Shown in pieces: positions 1-12,343 of a stretch of DNA of 64,000 nt. Position numbers and translations under genes: made by a program. Source of the stretch: an uncultured Planctomycetota bacterium (GTDB taxonomy: Bacteria > Planctomycetota > Planctomycetia > Isosphaerales > Isosphaeraceae); NCBI GenBank assembly GCA_963823665.1, contig CAWGMQ010000007.1:1024001-1088000 (forward strand), written 5' to 3'. The stretch's first letter is position 1. Every line of letters begins with the position of its first letter. Under the pieces are notes generated by a model. That model made no database searches. It was not told where the DNA came from and saw only the letters and a list, made by a program, of their open reading frames with translations.

Positions 1-540
1 ATGCTGGAGTGGCGGTTTGCGCTCGGAGTGGGGGTGCACGTCGCGCAGGCGCTCGAGGCGGCGCACGAGAAGCACATCATTCATCGCAACGTCTCGCCGG
101 AGAGCATCTTGATCCGGACCAAGGACAAGGTTGCCAAGCTGGGGGATATGATGCTTGCGAAGGCGCTCGAGGGGATCAAGGCCAAGCAGATCACCCGTCC
201 GGGTGAGCTGGTGGGGAACATCGCGTACATGGCGCCCGAGCGAACGAAGAGTGATGTCGAGGTGGATACTCGTGCTGATTTATACGGGCTGGGGGCGACG
301 ATGTACGCGCTGCTCACGGGGAAGCCGCCGTTCGAGGGCAAGTCGCTCGTGGAGACGATTGCGCAGATCCGGCAGTCCGATCCGGTGCCGCCGAAGAAGT
401 TTCAGCTTTCGATTCCGGACAAGCTTCAAGACGTCGTGATGGTGCTGCTGGCGAAGCGCCCGGAGTTGCGATATCAGACTCCGGCACAAGCGGCGCGGGC
501 ACTCGAGCAAGTGGCCAAGTTTCAGGGAGTTTTGGTGTAG
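1..540 (+). CDS. Ser/Thr protein kinase-like domain, C-terminal part (5' truncated by window); degenerate catalytic motifs
   Basis: IIHRNVSPESILI, KLGDMMLAK, GNIAYMAPE, RADLYGLGATMY, LTGKPPF match Hanks-kinase subdomains VIb-XI. Confidence 0.85.
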   Translation: MLEWRFALGVGVHVAQALEAAHEKHIIHRNVSPESILIRTKDKVAKLGDMMLAKALEGIKAKQITRPGELVGNIAYMAPERTKSDVEVDTRADLYGLGATMYALLTGKPPFEGKSLVETIAQIRQSDPVPPKKFQLSIPDKLQDVVMVLLAKRPELRYQTPAQAARALEQVAKFQGVLV

Positions 541-698
541 GGTTTTTCGATCCGCGCGCGGCGCTGGCGACCTGGAAGGCGCCTCGCTGGCGCGTCGGGT
601 TGGTGTCGCGCTGCCCCGCGGGCACCGGCCGTCGATCGGAAAAGCGGGTCGCTCCATTCTTCCCGGCATGGACGTCAGTCGGAGAGAAGTCGTCAGCC

Positions 699-1181
699 AT
701 GTATGCGCTCAAGCGGATCGCGGCTTATGCGATTGATCTTGCGTTGGTCTGGACGCCTATGGCGCTCCTGCTCGAGTTCGGCGAGCCGCTCGTGGAAGGA
801 AGTTCGTCACGGCTTCACCTGATCTTGTCTCTGGGGGCATGGGGCCTCACGATCGGGGGGCCCGTGCTCATCAATGGGATTTTGACGGGCCTGACCGGGC
901 GCTCGCCGGGTAAGCTCATCATGTTCTTGAACGTGAAGGATGCCGGCGGTGATCCGCCGGGAATTGCCAACGGCATTCTGCGCGAGCTGATCAAGGCGGT
1001 GTCGCTGGGGTTTTTCTTCGGGATGATCTGGGCGCTCCAGGGGATCGTGACTCGCGAACAAACGTTCTACGATCAGTGGCTCGACCTCGATGTCGAGGAT
1101 TTGAAGCCGTATGGTCTGACCGAGACGCAGAAGAACTGGCGAAAGTACCACCGGAATCTGGCGCGAAAGAACAGGAAGTGA
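699..1181 (+). CDS. RDD family membrane protein
   Basis: KRIAAYAIDL start, two hydrophobic segments, GRSPGKLIMFLNV, ILRELIK, QTFYDQW; GGAGA upstream of ATG 699. Confidence 0.8.
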   Translation: MYALKRIAAYAIDLALVWTPMALLLEFGEPLVEGSSSRLHLILSLGAWGLTIGGPVLINGILTGLTGRSPGKLIMFLNVKDAGGDPPGIANGILRELIKAVSLGFFFGMIWALQGIVTREQTFYDQWLDLDVEDLKPYGLTETQKNWRKYHRNLARKNRK

Positions 1182-1198
1182 GCGGGGCAGCGGGGCTG

Positions 1199-4100
1199 CT
1201 ATCGCGGCGAAGGGGTATTGAGCATCTCTTCGGCTTCGTTCAAGAGTGCCTTCAGCTCGACGCGTTGCTGCCACCACGAGGGGGGAAACTTTTCAACGAT
1301 CGCCTTGGCCCTGGCGAGCGCATCGCGGTCGCCCGGCTGCCTGGCCTTGTGTAGCGCCATTGCCCTGAATACCCAGTCCCATGCGGTCCCTTCGCCTTTC
1401 TTAGCGTCGATCGATCGTTTGAGATAGCTGAGCGAAGATGGATATAGCCCTGCGCGGAAGAGAACAGCCCCGAACGTGTTGAAGGAGTTGGGATCGGGAT
1501 TCCGTCCCTTGACGAGTTTGCTGCCGATGTCCACGACCTCCGCGTAACTGCGAAGCGCGTTGGGCATGAGCGCGGCGAGCCAGATGAGGTCGTTGGCCAA
1601 TTTAGGATCCTGGGTTTTGCCGTGGCGCGCGATTGCGGCAGTGCAGAGGCGCTCGTAGGCCTGTTGCTCGCCCAGGGCGAGATAGATCTTGGCGAGAGCA
1701 TGCTGTTTGCCGAAGTTGCCGGGATCAAGTGAGTAGATCTTTTCGAAGGCGGTCTTCGCTTCTTTCCAGCGCTCGGCTTGGGCCATTGATTCGCCCAGTT
1801 GCTCGAGCGTTGCCCGATCGAAGTTATCCGGGTCGAGCGCCATGGCCTTGGTGAAGAACTCGGAGACTTCTTTCGGTTTGCCGGCGCGGGCGTAGGCACG
1901 GGCGAGGTCAGCAGGCGATTCGCCGAACCGGACGCTGAAACTGTGACCGCCCTTTACGAGGTCTTGAACCTTTGCAACGAAAGTGTTGCGTCCGGAGTGG
2001 AGCGTGACGAGAATCGCGTTCGAATCCGGAGCCGAGGAGCTCTTTGATAAGAAAACCTCGCGCCCGTTGAGCCAGATGCGTGCTGTGTCGTCGGTGCCGA
2101 TCAGGAGCACGGCTTCACGCGGACGAGCCGAGTAGACGACCGTCATGGCGTATGCGACGACGACGCCCTCGGTCTTGAAGAGTTCTTCAAAATTGACAGA
2201 ACCCTGCTGGTGAGGGGCGATATCGTGCCAGCGGATCGTGGTGTTTCCCAAGGGGGGTGCGGGCTGGGACGGATCTGTCGCCGTGGCGTTCTCGAGCGCC
2301 CCTGCCTGGCTGTAGTCGGGTGGATAAGGGCCGGCGACCCACCAAGGGGCGTCGAGGAAGAACTGCGGAGATTCGGGCGCGAGGTTGGCGGCGTTTTCGA
2401 AGTCAGCCGCGGCTTTTTCGGCTTGGCCCAGAGTTGCGAGCAGGCGGCCGCGCTCGATGAGCAGGCGGGGGTCAGAGGGACGATTGGCGACGGCCTTGTC
2501 ATATTCGGGTAAGGCTCCGGCGAGCTTTCCCGTTTTGGCGAGCTGACGGGCTTTGGCGATGGCGGCCGAGGGCTCCCAGACGCGCATCACCCCGTCATGG
2601 TCGGCCGTCGCGATCGCGTCGCTGGACAACAGGGCCAACCCGGTATGTGGGCGTCCGGCGGCGAGGGTTTGCGATGGCGCGTCTGACGCGATGTCCCATC
2701 TACCGAGCACCCCGGTCGACTGGGTCATCTCTGCACCTTTATGGGCGCCGAAGATCACATGATGTCCGTCGGCTTCGAACGCGAGGTATGCGATGTGGAT
2801 GTCGTCAAGCTTGGCCTGGCGCAGTGCTCGCTTGTGGTCGAGGTCCCAGTAAATCAAACGGCCGTCTCCAGCGCCCGAGACTGCGTGCCGGCCGTCCGGG
2901 GCGAAAGCGATGGTCCAGACCCAATCGGAATGTCCGGGCAAGAGTTGCACGGGATCGCTCGTGTTGGTGTTGCCCAGGTAAACCACTCCGCCCTCGCCAC
3001 CAGCGATGACGCGCCGGCCGTCGGAGGAGGTGGCGATGCTCGAGATCCGAGCCGAAATACCTTCGAACTGCCTGAATTCCCCCCCTTTCTCGACGTCGAG
3101 GATTCTCAGTGTCTTGTCGTCGCCGCCCGAGAGGGCATGCGTGCCGTCGGGTGAGAGGGCAACGGCGCGGACGATCCCTCCGTGTCGGACGAGAGGCCGG
3201 ATCAGCCTGCCTGATTCGAGGTCCCAGAGGCGGACGGATCCGTCGCTACAACCGGTTATCGCCCGGCGTCCGTCCGGCAGGATGGAGGCGGTGAGAACGA
3301 CGTCGGGATGCCAGAAGCGGCGGATCTCGCGGCCGGTGGGGATGTCCCACAGCCGGGCGGTCTTGTCATAACTGGTGGAGAGCAGCCGCTTCCGGTCCGG
3401 AAAGGCTTGGACGGACTGGACCCACTGCGCATGGCCGACGAAGCGCCCTGTTTCAACATAGGGCTCGGCGGCGGGCGCGGGAGCTATTGTCGGACGCCGC
3501 GTGTCTTTCTTCACGACGGTGCCGGGGCTCGAGACGCCGCTTGGCGAGAGCTTTCGAAGGCGGACGTTGTTGAACCAGCAGTTGCCATTGACGCCCTGGA
3601 ATCCGACGTAGCCGATCCGCGCGAGGTTGGCAATCGCGACATTCTTGAATTTGTGATCCGAGCCGTCGGGGCGCTTTCCCGGCGCGGTCCACTCGTCGAG
3701 ATCGATGGTCGAGACCCGCGTGCCGTTCAAGACGACGCTGATCTCGGGGCCCTGAGCTGTGACTGTCATGTGGTTGGACTGGCCGGCGGGATTCTGGGCA
3801 TTGGTCTGGGGTGCGACCAGGTCAAAAAAGCCGCCCGGATCGTCGAGTCCGTGGCCGGTCGAGTCGTGGATCTGGACTTCGATGCCCGTGTTGATCGGGT
3901 CTGCGAGGTCGCTGACGCGGAGGAAGATGCCGGTGTTACAGCCCTTCTCGAACTTGTAGTCAAAATCGAGCTCGAAATCGGAGAGTTTCTCGTGATAGAC
4001 GACGAGGTAGCTGCGCGCCTGAAGAGGATTCAATCCATCCTTCTGGACGGCGGAACGTGGGAGCGGACTCTTGTCCCTGCTGAGGATCCATCCCGCGGCG

Positions 4101-5787
4101 CTCGATCCGTCGAAGATCGTGTGGAACTCGTCCTGAAACGGCTTCGCGGGCTCGTCGGGCGAGCGACCGGTCTGATCATTCGTGCCAGGATCGGGTGGAT
4201 CAGTTTGAACGGTACCGCCGTTGCCATTCAACTCTTTCGTCGGCCCAACTCCGCGAGTCATGATGAACCACGTGACCCCGACGATGAGCGCGGCGATTGA
4301 TGCAATCGCGGCGATCAAGCCACTGGTGCGCGGGGTGCGACTGACGTGAGTGGGCTTGCCGGGTCGTTTGAGGGGCTGCGACCGGCTCGTCATGGGCTTG
4401 GTTGACCGCGGCAAGGGCTCGGGTCGAGGGTCGGAGCGGACGTCCATGATCAAGTCTTCGAGGTTCAGATCTTGATCGATCGCGAGCCCCTCGGCTTCGG
4501 TGGGCCGGGGGAAGATCGCCGGGTCTCGATCTGTCCTGGGCAGGGCGGGGCGCTTGAGCGTGGCTTCGTTGAAGACCATTAGCTCCGGCTTGGACTTGGG
4601 TGCTTCGCCGCCTGGAGCCTTCGCTCTTGCATCGGCCCTGCATGCCTCGAGGAGGGAGATCAACTCGGTCATCGACGCGGGCCGTTCGGCAGGTTTCTTG
4701 GCCATCATTCTTTGATAGATGGCTTCAAGGCTCGCGGGCACCTCGGGGCGCTGGCGCGCAGGGAGGGGGCGGGGCGCTCCATGTGGGCCATCAGTCGTTT
4801 CAGGACGGTGGCGCCGTCGAACGGCTCGCGAGCGTTGAGAAGGAAGTAGAGCGTGCAGCCCAGGCTGTAGATGTCGGCGCGATGGTCGACGCGATGGGAG
4901 TCTTCGGCCTGTTCGGGGGCCATGTAGTCGATGGTGCCCATATACATTCCGCTTTCGGTCAAGCGTGCACCGGCGGACTTACCGAACGGATTGGCGGCGT
5001 CGACCAAGCGGGCGAGACCGAGGTCGAGAACGCGGACGGAGCCGGCTGAGTCGAGCATGAGGTTGCCGGGCTTGATGTCGCGGTGAACAATGCCCTGAGC
5101 GTGGGCCGCCTCGAGGCCGCGAGCGGCCTGGATCAAGCAGTCGATTGCCTGCACGGACTTCATTGGACCGCGCTCGCGTACGATGTGATCGAGGTCGCGG
5201 CCTTCGACGTATTCCATCACCAGGAAATGGACGCCGCGGTCTTCGTCGGCATCTACAGCGGCGACGACGTTGGGATGTTTGAGCCGGCCGGCGGCCTCGA
5301 CCTCGCGGCGAAATCGCATGACCGCCTGATGGTCGCGTGCGAACGACGGGGGGAGGATCTTGAGCGCGCCGACTCGCCCCAAGCGGCGGTGACGGGCCTT
5401 GAACACCACGCCCATTCCGCCCTGGCCAAGCTTGTCGAGGATCACGTACTTGCCGATCAAGAGCCCGCGGCTTTTCTTCTGATAGACGGCGGCAGCCTGG
5501 TAGGGTGTGAGCTTGCCGGCTTTGACCAGTGCGCGGGACAAACCCAGGACGCCCTCGGCGGAGTCGGTGGCAAAGGATTCGAGCTCGGTCTCGTCGAGGA
5601 GCCCGATCTCGATCAACGCGCGCGAGAACTCGCGCAGGTCGGCACCTTCGCCCGGGGCGGCGGACGGACCGGTGCCTGGCTGGGCACTGCTCGAGCCTGA
5701 GCCCAGACCCGGTACGACTGTCGCTTCTTCATGAACCTGCCGCGCAGGATCGGTGCCTGCTCCTTCGGTCTGTTCGCCGGCCGGCAT
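1199..5787 (-). CDS. Multidomain Ser/Thr kinase (kinase - TM - DUF1080-like - WD40 repeats - TPR - beta-sandwich - TPR), frameshift near 4705-4741
   Basis: ORF 4705-5808 has GQGGMG, ALK, HRDIKPGN, DLGLA, YMAPE; ORF 1199-4741 continues with LEAIYQRMMAKKPAERP, a TM helix, FDG..GW/GIEVQI (DUF1080-like), GH..WD repeats and TPR-like helices. Confidence 0.85.
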
Positions 5788-5927
5788 CTTGGCGTCTCCC
5801 GACAGCACCGTATGTAAACCTTCGCTGAGTGGTTCTCGACCGTGGGAGCGGCAAAGGATAAGTTGGATTATAAGTCAGCCCGGCTCAGAATCGAAAGACG
5901 CCTCGGGAACTCGGCGGGATTGACCTT

Positions 5928-8041
5928 TCACGGCCGTGTGGGATTCAGCACCTTCTTGGAGGTGACGTGTTTCATGAGCTCGTCGGGTCGCATGAAGTAG
6001 GTTCGGAGAGCCTTACCTTTGCTGAAGAGCTTTTCGGCCTGATCGTCCCAGTGCCCGGTTTCCTTGTGGTCGCTTTCACCCAAAGGGATGATCGCATACG
6101 ACTCGGGGGGATCAGTCATGATGACGACCTGGGTGGACGATTGGCCGGTGTGGCCGACTTGAGTTTTGCCGTCGCGCGAGGGGGCGAAGCTGATCGCCCT
6201 CGGGGTGGCCATGGCGACGTCTCGAAGCGACCCGCCGCCGACGGGCCAGGTGTGGTCGCCGCCGCGGCGGCCCACGCGAAAGTAGCGGCCGAAGGGGACC
6301 GCCACTTCGCCGAATTGGGTGCGGAGCCACGCGGCGCCGGAGCGAAGCGCTTTCAAGACTTGTTCGTCGGTCAGCTCGTCTGGTGGTTCGGTGCGCTGAG
6401 CCGGGTCATCGCCGAGCGCTTTCTTGAATGCGTAGAAGGCGAGTGCGCCGCTGGAATCAGGAGCACTATGTCGATCCCATCCCTGGATCAGCTCGGCGAC
6501 TTTTGCGACATCGCCGGTCTTGTCGACGGCGCTGGATCCGACCCAGGCGTTTCTGACCCGCGCCTGCCAGGTTTCGGCGCCAGACCTGGGTGTTGAATGC
6601 GATGTCGATTGCCTGGTCGACACCGACCTTTTCCGCAGCGCTCAAGAGGTCAGTGACCATCTCGGCGCTGGTGCGAGTCGGGCGACGGCGAGTCGTTGTA
6701 GATGTGGAGACGCCCGGCGAACCGTGATCGCTGCGGTTGATCTTCGTTCATCATTGCGGCAGGGGAGCAATTGCAGTTCTGCATCCAGCCGCAGCCCGGG
6801 TTTTCGATCTGGACCAGGTCGGCCATGGGATGGATTCCTTGCCATTCGGTGGCTTTCGTGTTTCCGGGGATCGGTCTGGAGGGATCGATTCCGGCGGGGC
6901 GGATAGGGACTCGCCCGTTTCGCAGATAGTAGATGTCGCCCTGCACCGTCGCGACCATGATGTTCTGGCTCATCAACTGAAGATGGGAAAGGGCCTGCTT
7001 CATCTCGGCGAGGTTCCGCGCGGTCATCATTTCGAAGCACTGGTCCATCAGTCCGACTTCGTCGGAATAAGGGATGGCCATCGCATAGGCTTTGTCACCT
7101 TTCCTGGCGACGATGGGGCCATGGTGGGAGGACGAGATGGCGACCTCACGGGGCTCGACCTTGTCGCCGTTCTTGACGTTGATCGTGGTCTTTTGCACGG
7201 TGAGGCTGCGCCACTGGCCGTCATAACGGTACTCTTCTGGGTTCGAGGGGTTCAGCTCCTCCTCGAAGATGTCGGATGTGTCCGGACCGCCGGTTGTCAT
7301 GGCGACGGAGCAGAATCGGCTGTGGCCCAGGGTCGGGAAAGGGACGCCCAGAATCGAGACGCCCGCGACGCTCAACTCGGGGGTATAGATTCGGACCTCG
7401 TAGAAACGCATTGCATCGTACCAGTGCACATGGGGGTCGATGATGGCGATGGGAGCGTTCATGGTGGTGCGCCTGGGGGCAATGAGCATCTCGTTCGAGC
7501 CCCGGTAGGGGAGCTGGCCGAAGCTCAGGCCGGCGCGTTTCAAGTCGTCGGCTGCTTCACCGACCGGCCAGTTCCAGATGATGTAGCGCCCGAGCGCCAC
7601 CGCATCCGCGGGCTCGAACTTTTGCGCCCAGGATGGGACCTGCTCGGGGTGCTCGGCCATGAACTGTTTGATTCCGTTTTGATAAGCTTCGAGGACGCCG
7701 CGCATTTTCGGGCTGATCTCCTTGTACCTGGCCCGGCTGATCTCGGCGTGTCGCATCACGCGCTGGCGGATATCTTCGCGGAAAGAGTCGGCACCGAAGA
7801 CTTCGGCCATCGTGCCGGTGGCGCGACGGTAATTCTTGAGGAGCTCTTCGAGCCGGTCTTCGGCCTGGGCGTAGCCGACGGCGAAAGCGGCATCATTGAG
7901 GGTGGGGGCGAATATGTGCGGGATGCCGAACTCGTCGCGATAGATCGTGGTGGGCTCTTCGGCCGATTGCGCGGGCTGATGAGTGAGCGCGGCCAGTACC
8001 AGAAACGCGATGGGAGCAACACGAGATGTAGAACGCGTCAT
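5928..8041 (-). CDS. Penicillin acylase / Ntn-hydrolase family protein, frameshift near 6623-6650
   Basis: Signal peptide, IYRDEFGIPHIFA, GYAQAEDRL, GSNE (Ntn nucleophile Ser), DPH; C-terminal ORF with PLGESDH..GHWDDQA. Confidence 0.85.
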
Positions 8042-8371
8042 TGCGCGAAGTCCTCGTTAGTGGGGCCGGGCGGCGGATGGGAGGGTTCTCAATGCTGGGC
8101 GGGGCTGCCGCTGGGCAACGGACATTCTACCCTCATCGTGCAGGGACAGCCAATTTGTCATGCGGGCGCAAACGTTGGCAGGTGGGGGGAATGGCCGGGC
8201 GGATGGAGAGCTAGCGCAACTCTCATCGGCGAGGAACTTTGGGGATAGAGTGACCATTGGTATGCGGCTTGCTATGGTTGGCGATACTTTCTGGCCCGCC
8301 GGTCGCGCCATCCCTTCTTCGCCCGAGCGAGCCAGGACGATCAATTCCGAAGACTTGACGAGGCAAGCTCA

Positions 8372-10282
8372 ATGACGACCCAGACCGATCGCCAGGAATT
8401 TACATTCCAGGCCGAGATCAAGCAGCTACTGCATCTGCTATCGCACTCGCTGTACCAGAGCCCTGAGATCGCTGTACGCGAGCTGATCTCCAACGCATCG
8501 GATGCGCTCGACAAGATGAGGTATGTGTCGCTGACACACGAATCGCATCGGGATGAGACACCGCTGGAGATTGTGATCGAGGGGCGTGAGGACGATAAGT
8601 TGCTCGTGATCCGGGACAGCGGTATCGGAATGACCCATGACGAGCTGGTCGCTAACCTGGGCACGATTGCGCACAGCGGGTCGGCTGATTTCCTGAAAGC
8701 GGCGATTGCCGGGAAAGAGGCGAAATCGGATTTATCGTTGATCGGCCAGTTTGGTGTCGGATTCTATTCGGCGTTCATGATCGCCGAGAAGGTGCGGGTT
8801 CGGACTCGCGGCTATGCCGCGGAATCGGGATGGGAATGGGAATCGGACGGGACTGGCTCGTTTACGGTCACGCCCGTTGACGAGAGCTTGCCGCGTGGAA
8901 CGGAAGTGACGCTGCATCTGAAGGAGAGCAGCAAGGGGTTCGCGTCCGGCTGGCGGATCAAGGACATTGTCAAGCGCGATTCGAGCTTTGTGCCTTACCC
9001 AATCCGCCTGGGTACGGGCGGCGCAGTGATCAACGATCAGAAGCCGATCTGGGTCGAGCCGAAGAACCAGGTGAGCGACGAGCAGTACGTTCGCTTCTAC
9101 CAGCATTTGACGCATCACCCCGACGAGAAGCCGCTGTGGCATCTGCACATGGCGGCCGATTCGCCAATCCAGTTCCGCGCGATCGTTTATTGTCCGCCGA
9201 CCAACCTCGAAAACCTCGGGATCGCCCGGCTGGAGCATGGTCTGAGTCTTTGTGCGAAGCGAGTGCTTGTCCAGAGCGAATGCCGCGAGCTTTTGCCGGA
9301 TTATCTGCGGTTTCTGCGGGGACTGGTTGATTCCGAAGACCTGCCGCTGAACGTTTCGCGGGAGACGTTGCAAGACAACACGATCATTCGCAAGATTCGC
9401 ACATCGATCGTCAAGAGCGTGCTCGATCGGCTCGACCGATTGGCGCAGGAAGACTCCACGGTATACAGGAAGTTCTACGATCAGTTCGGACGGGTCTTGA
9501 AGGAGGGCTTGATTATCGATCCGTCCAATCACGAGCGGATCGCCAGGCTGCTCATGTTTGCGTCGTCGCGAAGCGACGACCCGCAGACGCGTGTCTCGTT
9601 CGAGGAGTACATCGCCAGGATGCCGGAGGATCAGAAGCAGATCTACTACCTTGCCGGCGGCGATTTTGCTTCGATCGCCAAGAGCCCCAACCTCGAGATC
9701 TTTCGCCGACGGGGAATTGAAGTCCTGTTTCTGACCGATCCAGTCGATGAGTTCGCGCTCAATGCCCTGGGAAGCTTCCGCGAGAAGAAGCTCACGTCGA
9801 TCGACGCCGCGGATATCGAGATTCCCGAAGGAAGCTCGTCCGGGGAGAAAGAAGCCGAGAGCATGGGCTCGACCGCGAAGGAAAGCGGGTTCCCCAAGCT
9901 CCTCGAGCTATTCCGCGCGGCGCTGGGATCGCGTGTGAGCGAGGTGCGCGAATCAAAACGGTTGACCGACAGTCCGTGCTGCTTGGTGAATGTGGAAGGG
10001 GGTTTGAGCACACAGACGCAACGGCTGCTCAAGATGGCCAACAAGGAATTCACGGAGAGCGCGCGGATTATTGAGATCAATCCATCCGCGGCGCTGATCC
10101 GCCGGCTTTGCAACCTGAGCGCGAACGATCAGCACCACGAGTTTATCAAGCGGTGCGGTTTACAGCTCTGGAGCGATGCGATGATCCTGGAGGGCGTGAC
10201 GCCCGAGCCCGAGGACCTCGTCGCGCGGATGCAGGCGTTCATGACGGAAGCTGCCGAGAAGCGGTCGCCGCTGATCCTATAA
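8372..10282 (+). CDS. htpG: Molecular chaperone HtpG (Hsp90)
   Basis: FQAEIKQLL..HSLY, RELISNASDA, DSGIGMT, NLGTIAHSG, IGQFGVGFYSAF, DLPLNVSRETLQ. Confidence 0.97.
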   Translation: MTTQTDRQEFTFQAEIKQLLHLLSHSLYQSPEIAVRELISNASDALDKMRYVSLTHESHRDETPLEIVIEGREDDKLLVIRDSGIGMTHDELVANLGTIAHSGSADFLKAAIAGKEAKSDLSLIGQFGVGFYSAFMIAEKVRVRTRGYAAESGWEWESDGTGSFTVTPVDESLPRGTEVTLHLKESSKGFASGWRIKDIVKRDSSFVPYPIRLGTGGAVINDQKPIWVEPKNQVSDEQYVRFYQHLTHHPDEKPLWHLHMAADSPIQFRAIVYCPPTNLENLGIARLEHGLSLCAKRVLVQSECRELLPDYLRFLRGLVDSEDLPLNVSRETLQDNTIIRKIRTSIVKSVLDRLDRLAQEDSTVYRKFYDQFGRVLKEGLIIDPSNHERIARLLMFASSRSDDPQTRVSFEEYIARMPEDQKQIYYLAGGDFASIAKSPNLEIFRRRGIEVLFLTDPVDEFALNALGSFREKKLTSIDAADIEIPEGSSSGEKEAESMGSTAKESGFPKLLELFRAALGSRVSEVRESKRLTDSPCCLVNVEGGLSTQTQRLLKMANKEFTESARIIEINPSAALIRRLCNLSANDQHHEFIKRCGLQLWSDAMILEGVTPEPEDLVARMQAFMTEAAEKRSPLIL

Positions 10283-10362
10283 GTGAGCGGGCCGTGATCC
10301 AAATGAAGGCCCGCTCTCCGCCCGCCGCCAGGCGACGAGATCGCATCGGGGGCTGGCACGGC

Positions 10363-10938
10363 TCAGCCGCCGTGCCACCAGTTGAAGTACATGGGATAGG
10401 GATAGGCGCCCGGTCCCGGCGCGATGGGGTCAAGATCGTAGATGGGGACGTAAGTGCCGTATGTGTAGTATTCGCCGACGGGGCGGAAGGGATGGGCGAG
10501 ACCCTGGAAGAATCTGAGGGGCCGGAACCAGGGCCGGCTCGAGGAATCGATGGTGTTCTGGCCGGGGATTCCGTAATAGTAGGGATAGACGCTCTTCGTG
10601 TCAGGCGTCTTCCAGCCGAGGCCGTAGAGACCCTGCGTACAGACCCAGTTGGGATGTTTGACGCGGCCGTTGTCGGCGTATCGGGTCTGGTAAAAGAAGT
10701 CGCGATTCGGGTCAGGCGGGAGCATCTCGGGGGTCGCCGCTGACCGCATGACGAGCCCGCTCCGCTCGGTGATATCCGGGATGAACGGCTTCGGTGGCTG
10801 AGCTAGGGCGGGCCTGGCGGCCGCGAATGACGACAGAGTGGCGATCGTGAAGATCGCCAGAATGCGAAGGCGCCGACGGCGAAGATGTGCAGCGCCGTCG
10901 GGCCGAACTGTTTCTTTTGTTTTGCCGGCACGTTTCAT
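10363..10938 (-). CDS. Hypothetical secreted Pro/Tyr-rich protein
   Basis: GAGGAG before ATG 10938, Arg-rich n-region plus hydrophobic core ending ALA-Q; Tyr/Pro/Gly-rich mature part. Confidence 0.7.
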   Translation of the reverse strand: MKRAGKTKETVRPDGAAHLRRRRLRILAIFTIATLSSFAAARPALAQPPKPFIPDITERSGLVMRSAATPEMLPPDPNRDFFYQTRYADNGRVKHPNWVCTQGLYGLGWKTPDTKSVYPYYYGIPGQNTIDSSSRPWFRPLRFFQGLAHPFRPVGEYYTYGTYVPIYDLDPIAPGPGAYPYPMYFNWWHGG

Positions 10939-11049
10939 GATCGGTTCTCCTCTGCGAGCGTTGCACCCAAATCGAGCGATCGGAGCAATCAAGCCCGGCC
11001 TCCGGCCGGGCCTCAAGTCAAAGCAAACGGACTGTCGGGACGTCACGAA

Positions 11050-11970
11050 TCAAGGGTCATTGGGATTCATCGGGGGGAAGGCGAAGAAATCGCGCGGTGA
11101 GCGGGTCGAGACGATGTACGGGACATAACCGGGGGTCAAGGGCACAGGTCCTCCAGGTCCAACGAACCACTTCACCTTGGGTTTGTGAAGCCCGGCGGCC
11201 AAGGATGCGAGTTTTCCGTGCACCATCGAGCCGAGACCACCGCCCTTGCCGAGGCAATGGGAGCAGCCTTTGCCGCCGCAAAAGGAGCAGGCGCCCTGGC
11301 CGTCATCGACGACTCCGTTCCCGTTTCCGTGGCGGTGACCAAAGCCGATGCCGCAGGATGGGTCGCCACAAAGGCCGGAATTCGAATGGCCGTCGAGGTG
11401 GCCGAGGTGAGAGTGCTTGCCTCCGATCTTGCAGTTCGCCTGCCCGCACGCCTGGGCCGACGCGATCGGCCCGGTCTGAGCGGAGGGGCCACTGATCGTG
11501 GTTGCATAGCCTGGTGCGCCGGCCACGCAGTCGATCGAACCGCCGCCATGCTTTCCATGACCGAGAATGCTGCAGTTCATACCGCCGAAGCAGCCGGCGA
11601 CGCCGCAATCCGAACCGCCGTGGCCGCCGAAGATGCCGTGACCCGAACCGCAGCCGAGCCCATCTGCGCCGCACTGGCCAGTGTGTTTGCCATCGCCGTG
11701 ATTAAACAGTTTGTGACCGCAGAACGGACCGCAGACGTGGGCTTTCAAAGCTGCGGCTGCTTTGTGGGCATCGCCGACGTAGTCTTTGGCGTAGTGACCG
11801 TACGGAATCGGAGGGGCCATGTATTCACCACCGGTCGTATAGTCGTAGGCTGGCGACAGCCGGGGTATGGTGTGAAACTGGGCGTGGGCCTGTGTTGCCG
11901 ATGCGAGGCCCAGAACGAAGGCAGCCAGTGAGAGGGCGAGCGGCAAGGCCCGCGTTGTTCCGAAGCACAT
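11050..11970 (-). CDS. Hypothetical secreted Gly/His/Cys-rich protein with CxxCxGxG-like motifs
   Basis: Signal peptide (AHA-Q), low-complexity G/H/C body, CSFCGGKGCSHCLGKG, ordered-looking N- and C-terminal segments. Confidence 0.75.
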   Translation of the reverse strand: MCFGTTRALPLALSLAAFVLGLASATQAHAQFHTIPRLSPAYDYTTGGEYMAPPIPYGHYAKDYVGDAHKAAAALKAHVCGPFCGHKLFNHGDGKHTGQCGADGLGCGSGHGIFGGHGGSDCGVAGCFGGMNCSILGHGKHGGGSIDCVAGAPGYATTISGPSAQTGPIASAQACGQANCKIGGKHSHLGHLDGHSNSGLCGDPSCGIGFGHRHGNGNGVVDDGQGACSFCGGKGCSHCLGKGGGLGSMVHGKLASLAAGLHKPKVKWFVGPGGPVPLTPGYVPYIVSTRSPRDFFAFPPMNPNDP

Positions 11971-12343
11971 GATCTATCCCTTACTTTGCGTCCACGAGGC
12001 CCTCCTGGATTGCCTGGATTCGAGCGACGGACGTGTCCGAGCCTTCCTGCGCGGAGAACACGGTGAAGCTTGTGAGTGTGCATCGGCCGGATCGTATCGC
12101 GATCTCGAACGAATCCGATGGGGATCGCGCGAGAAAGGAACCGGCCTCTCGTTACAGTCCGAGAGACCGGTTCAAGTTCCCTGCTGGTCCTTGCGGAAGG
12201 AACGCCGATGCGCCCGGTTCGCGCCTCCATGCGCTGGTTCAGCCACAAGACGCGATTACCCAAGAGCCGCTTTGATGCCAGCAGGGAGTTTCTCGAGATT
12301 CCAACCCCAGAGGTTGGTGCGCACGCGCGCCGGGGTTCAACGG

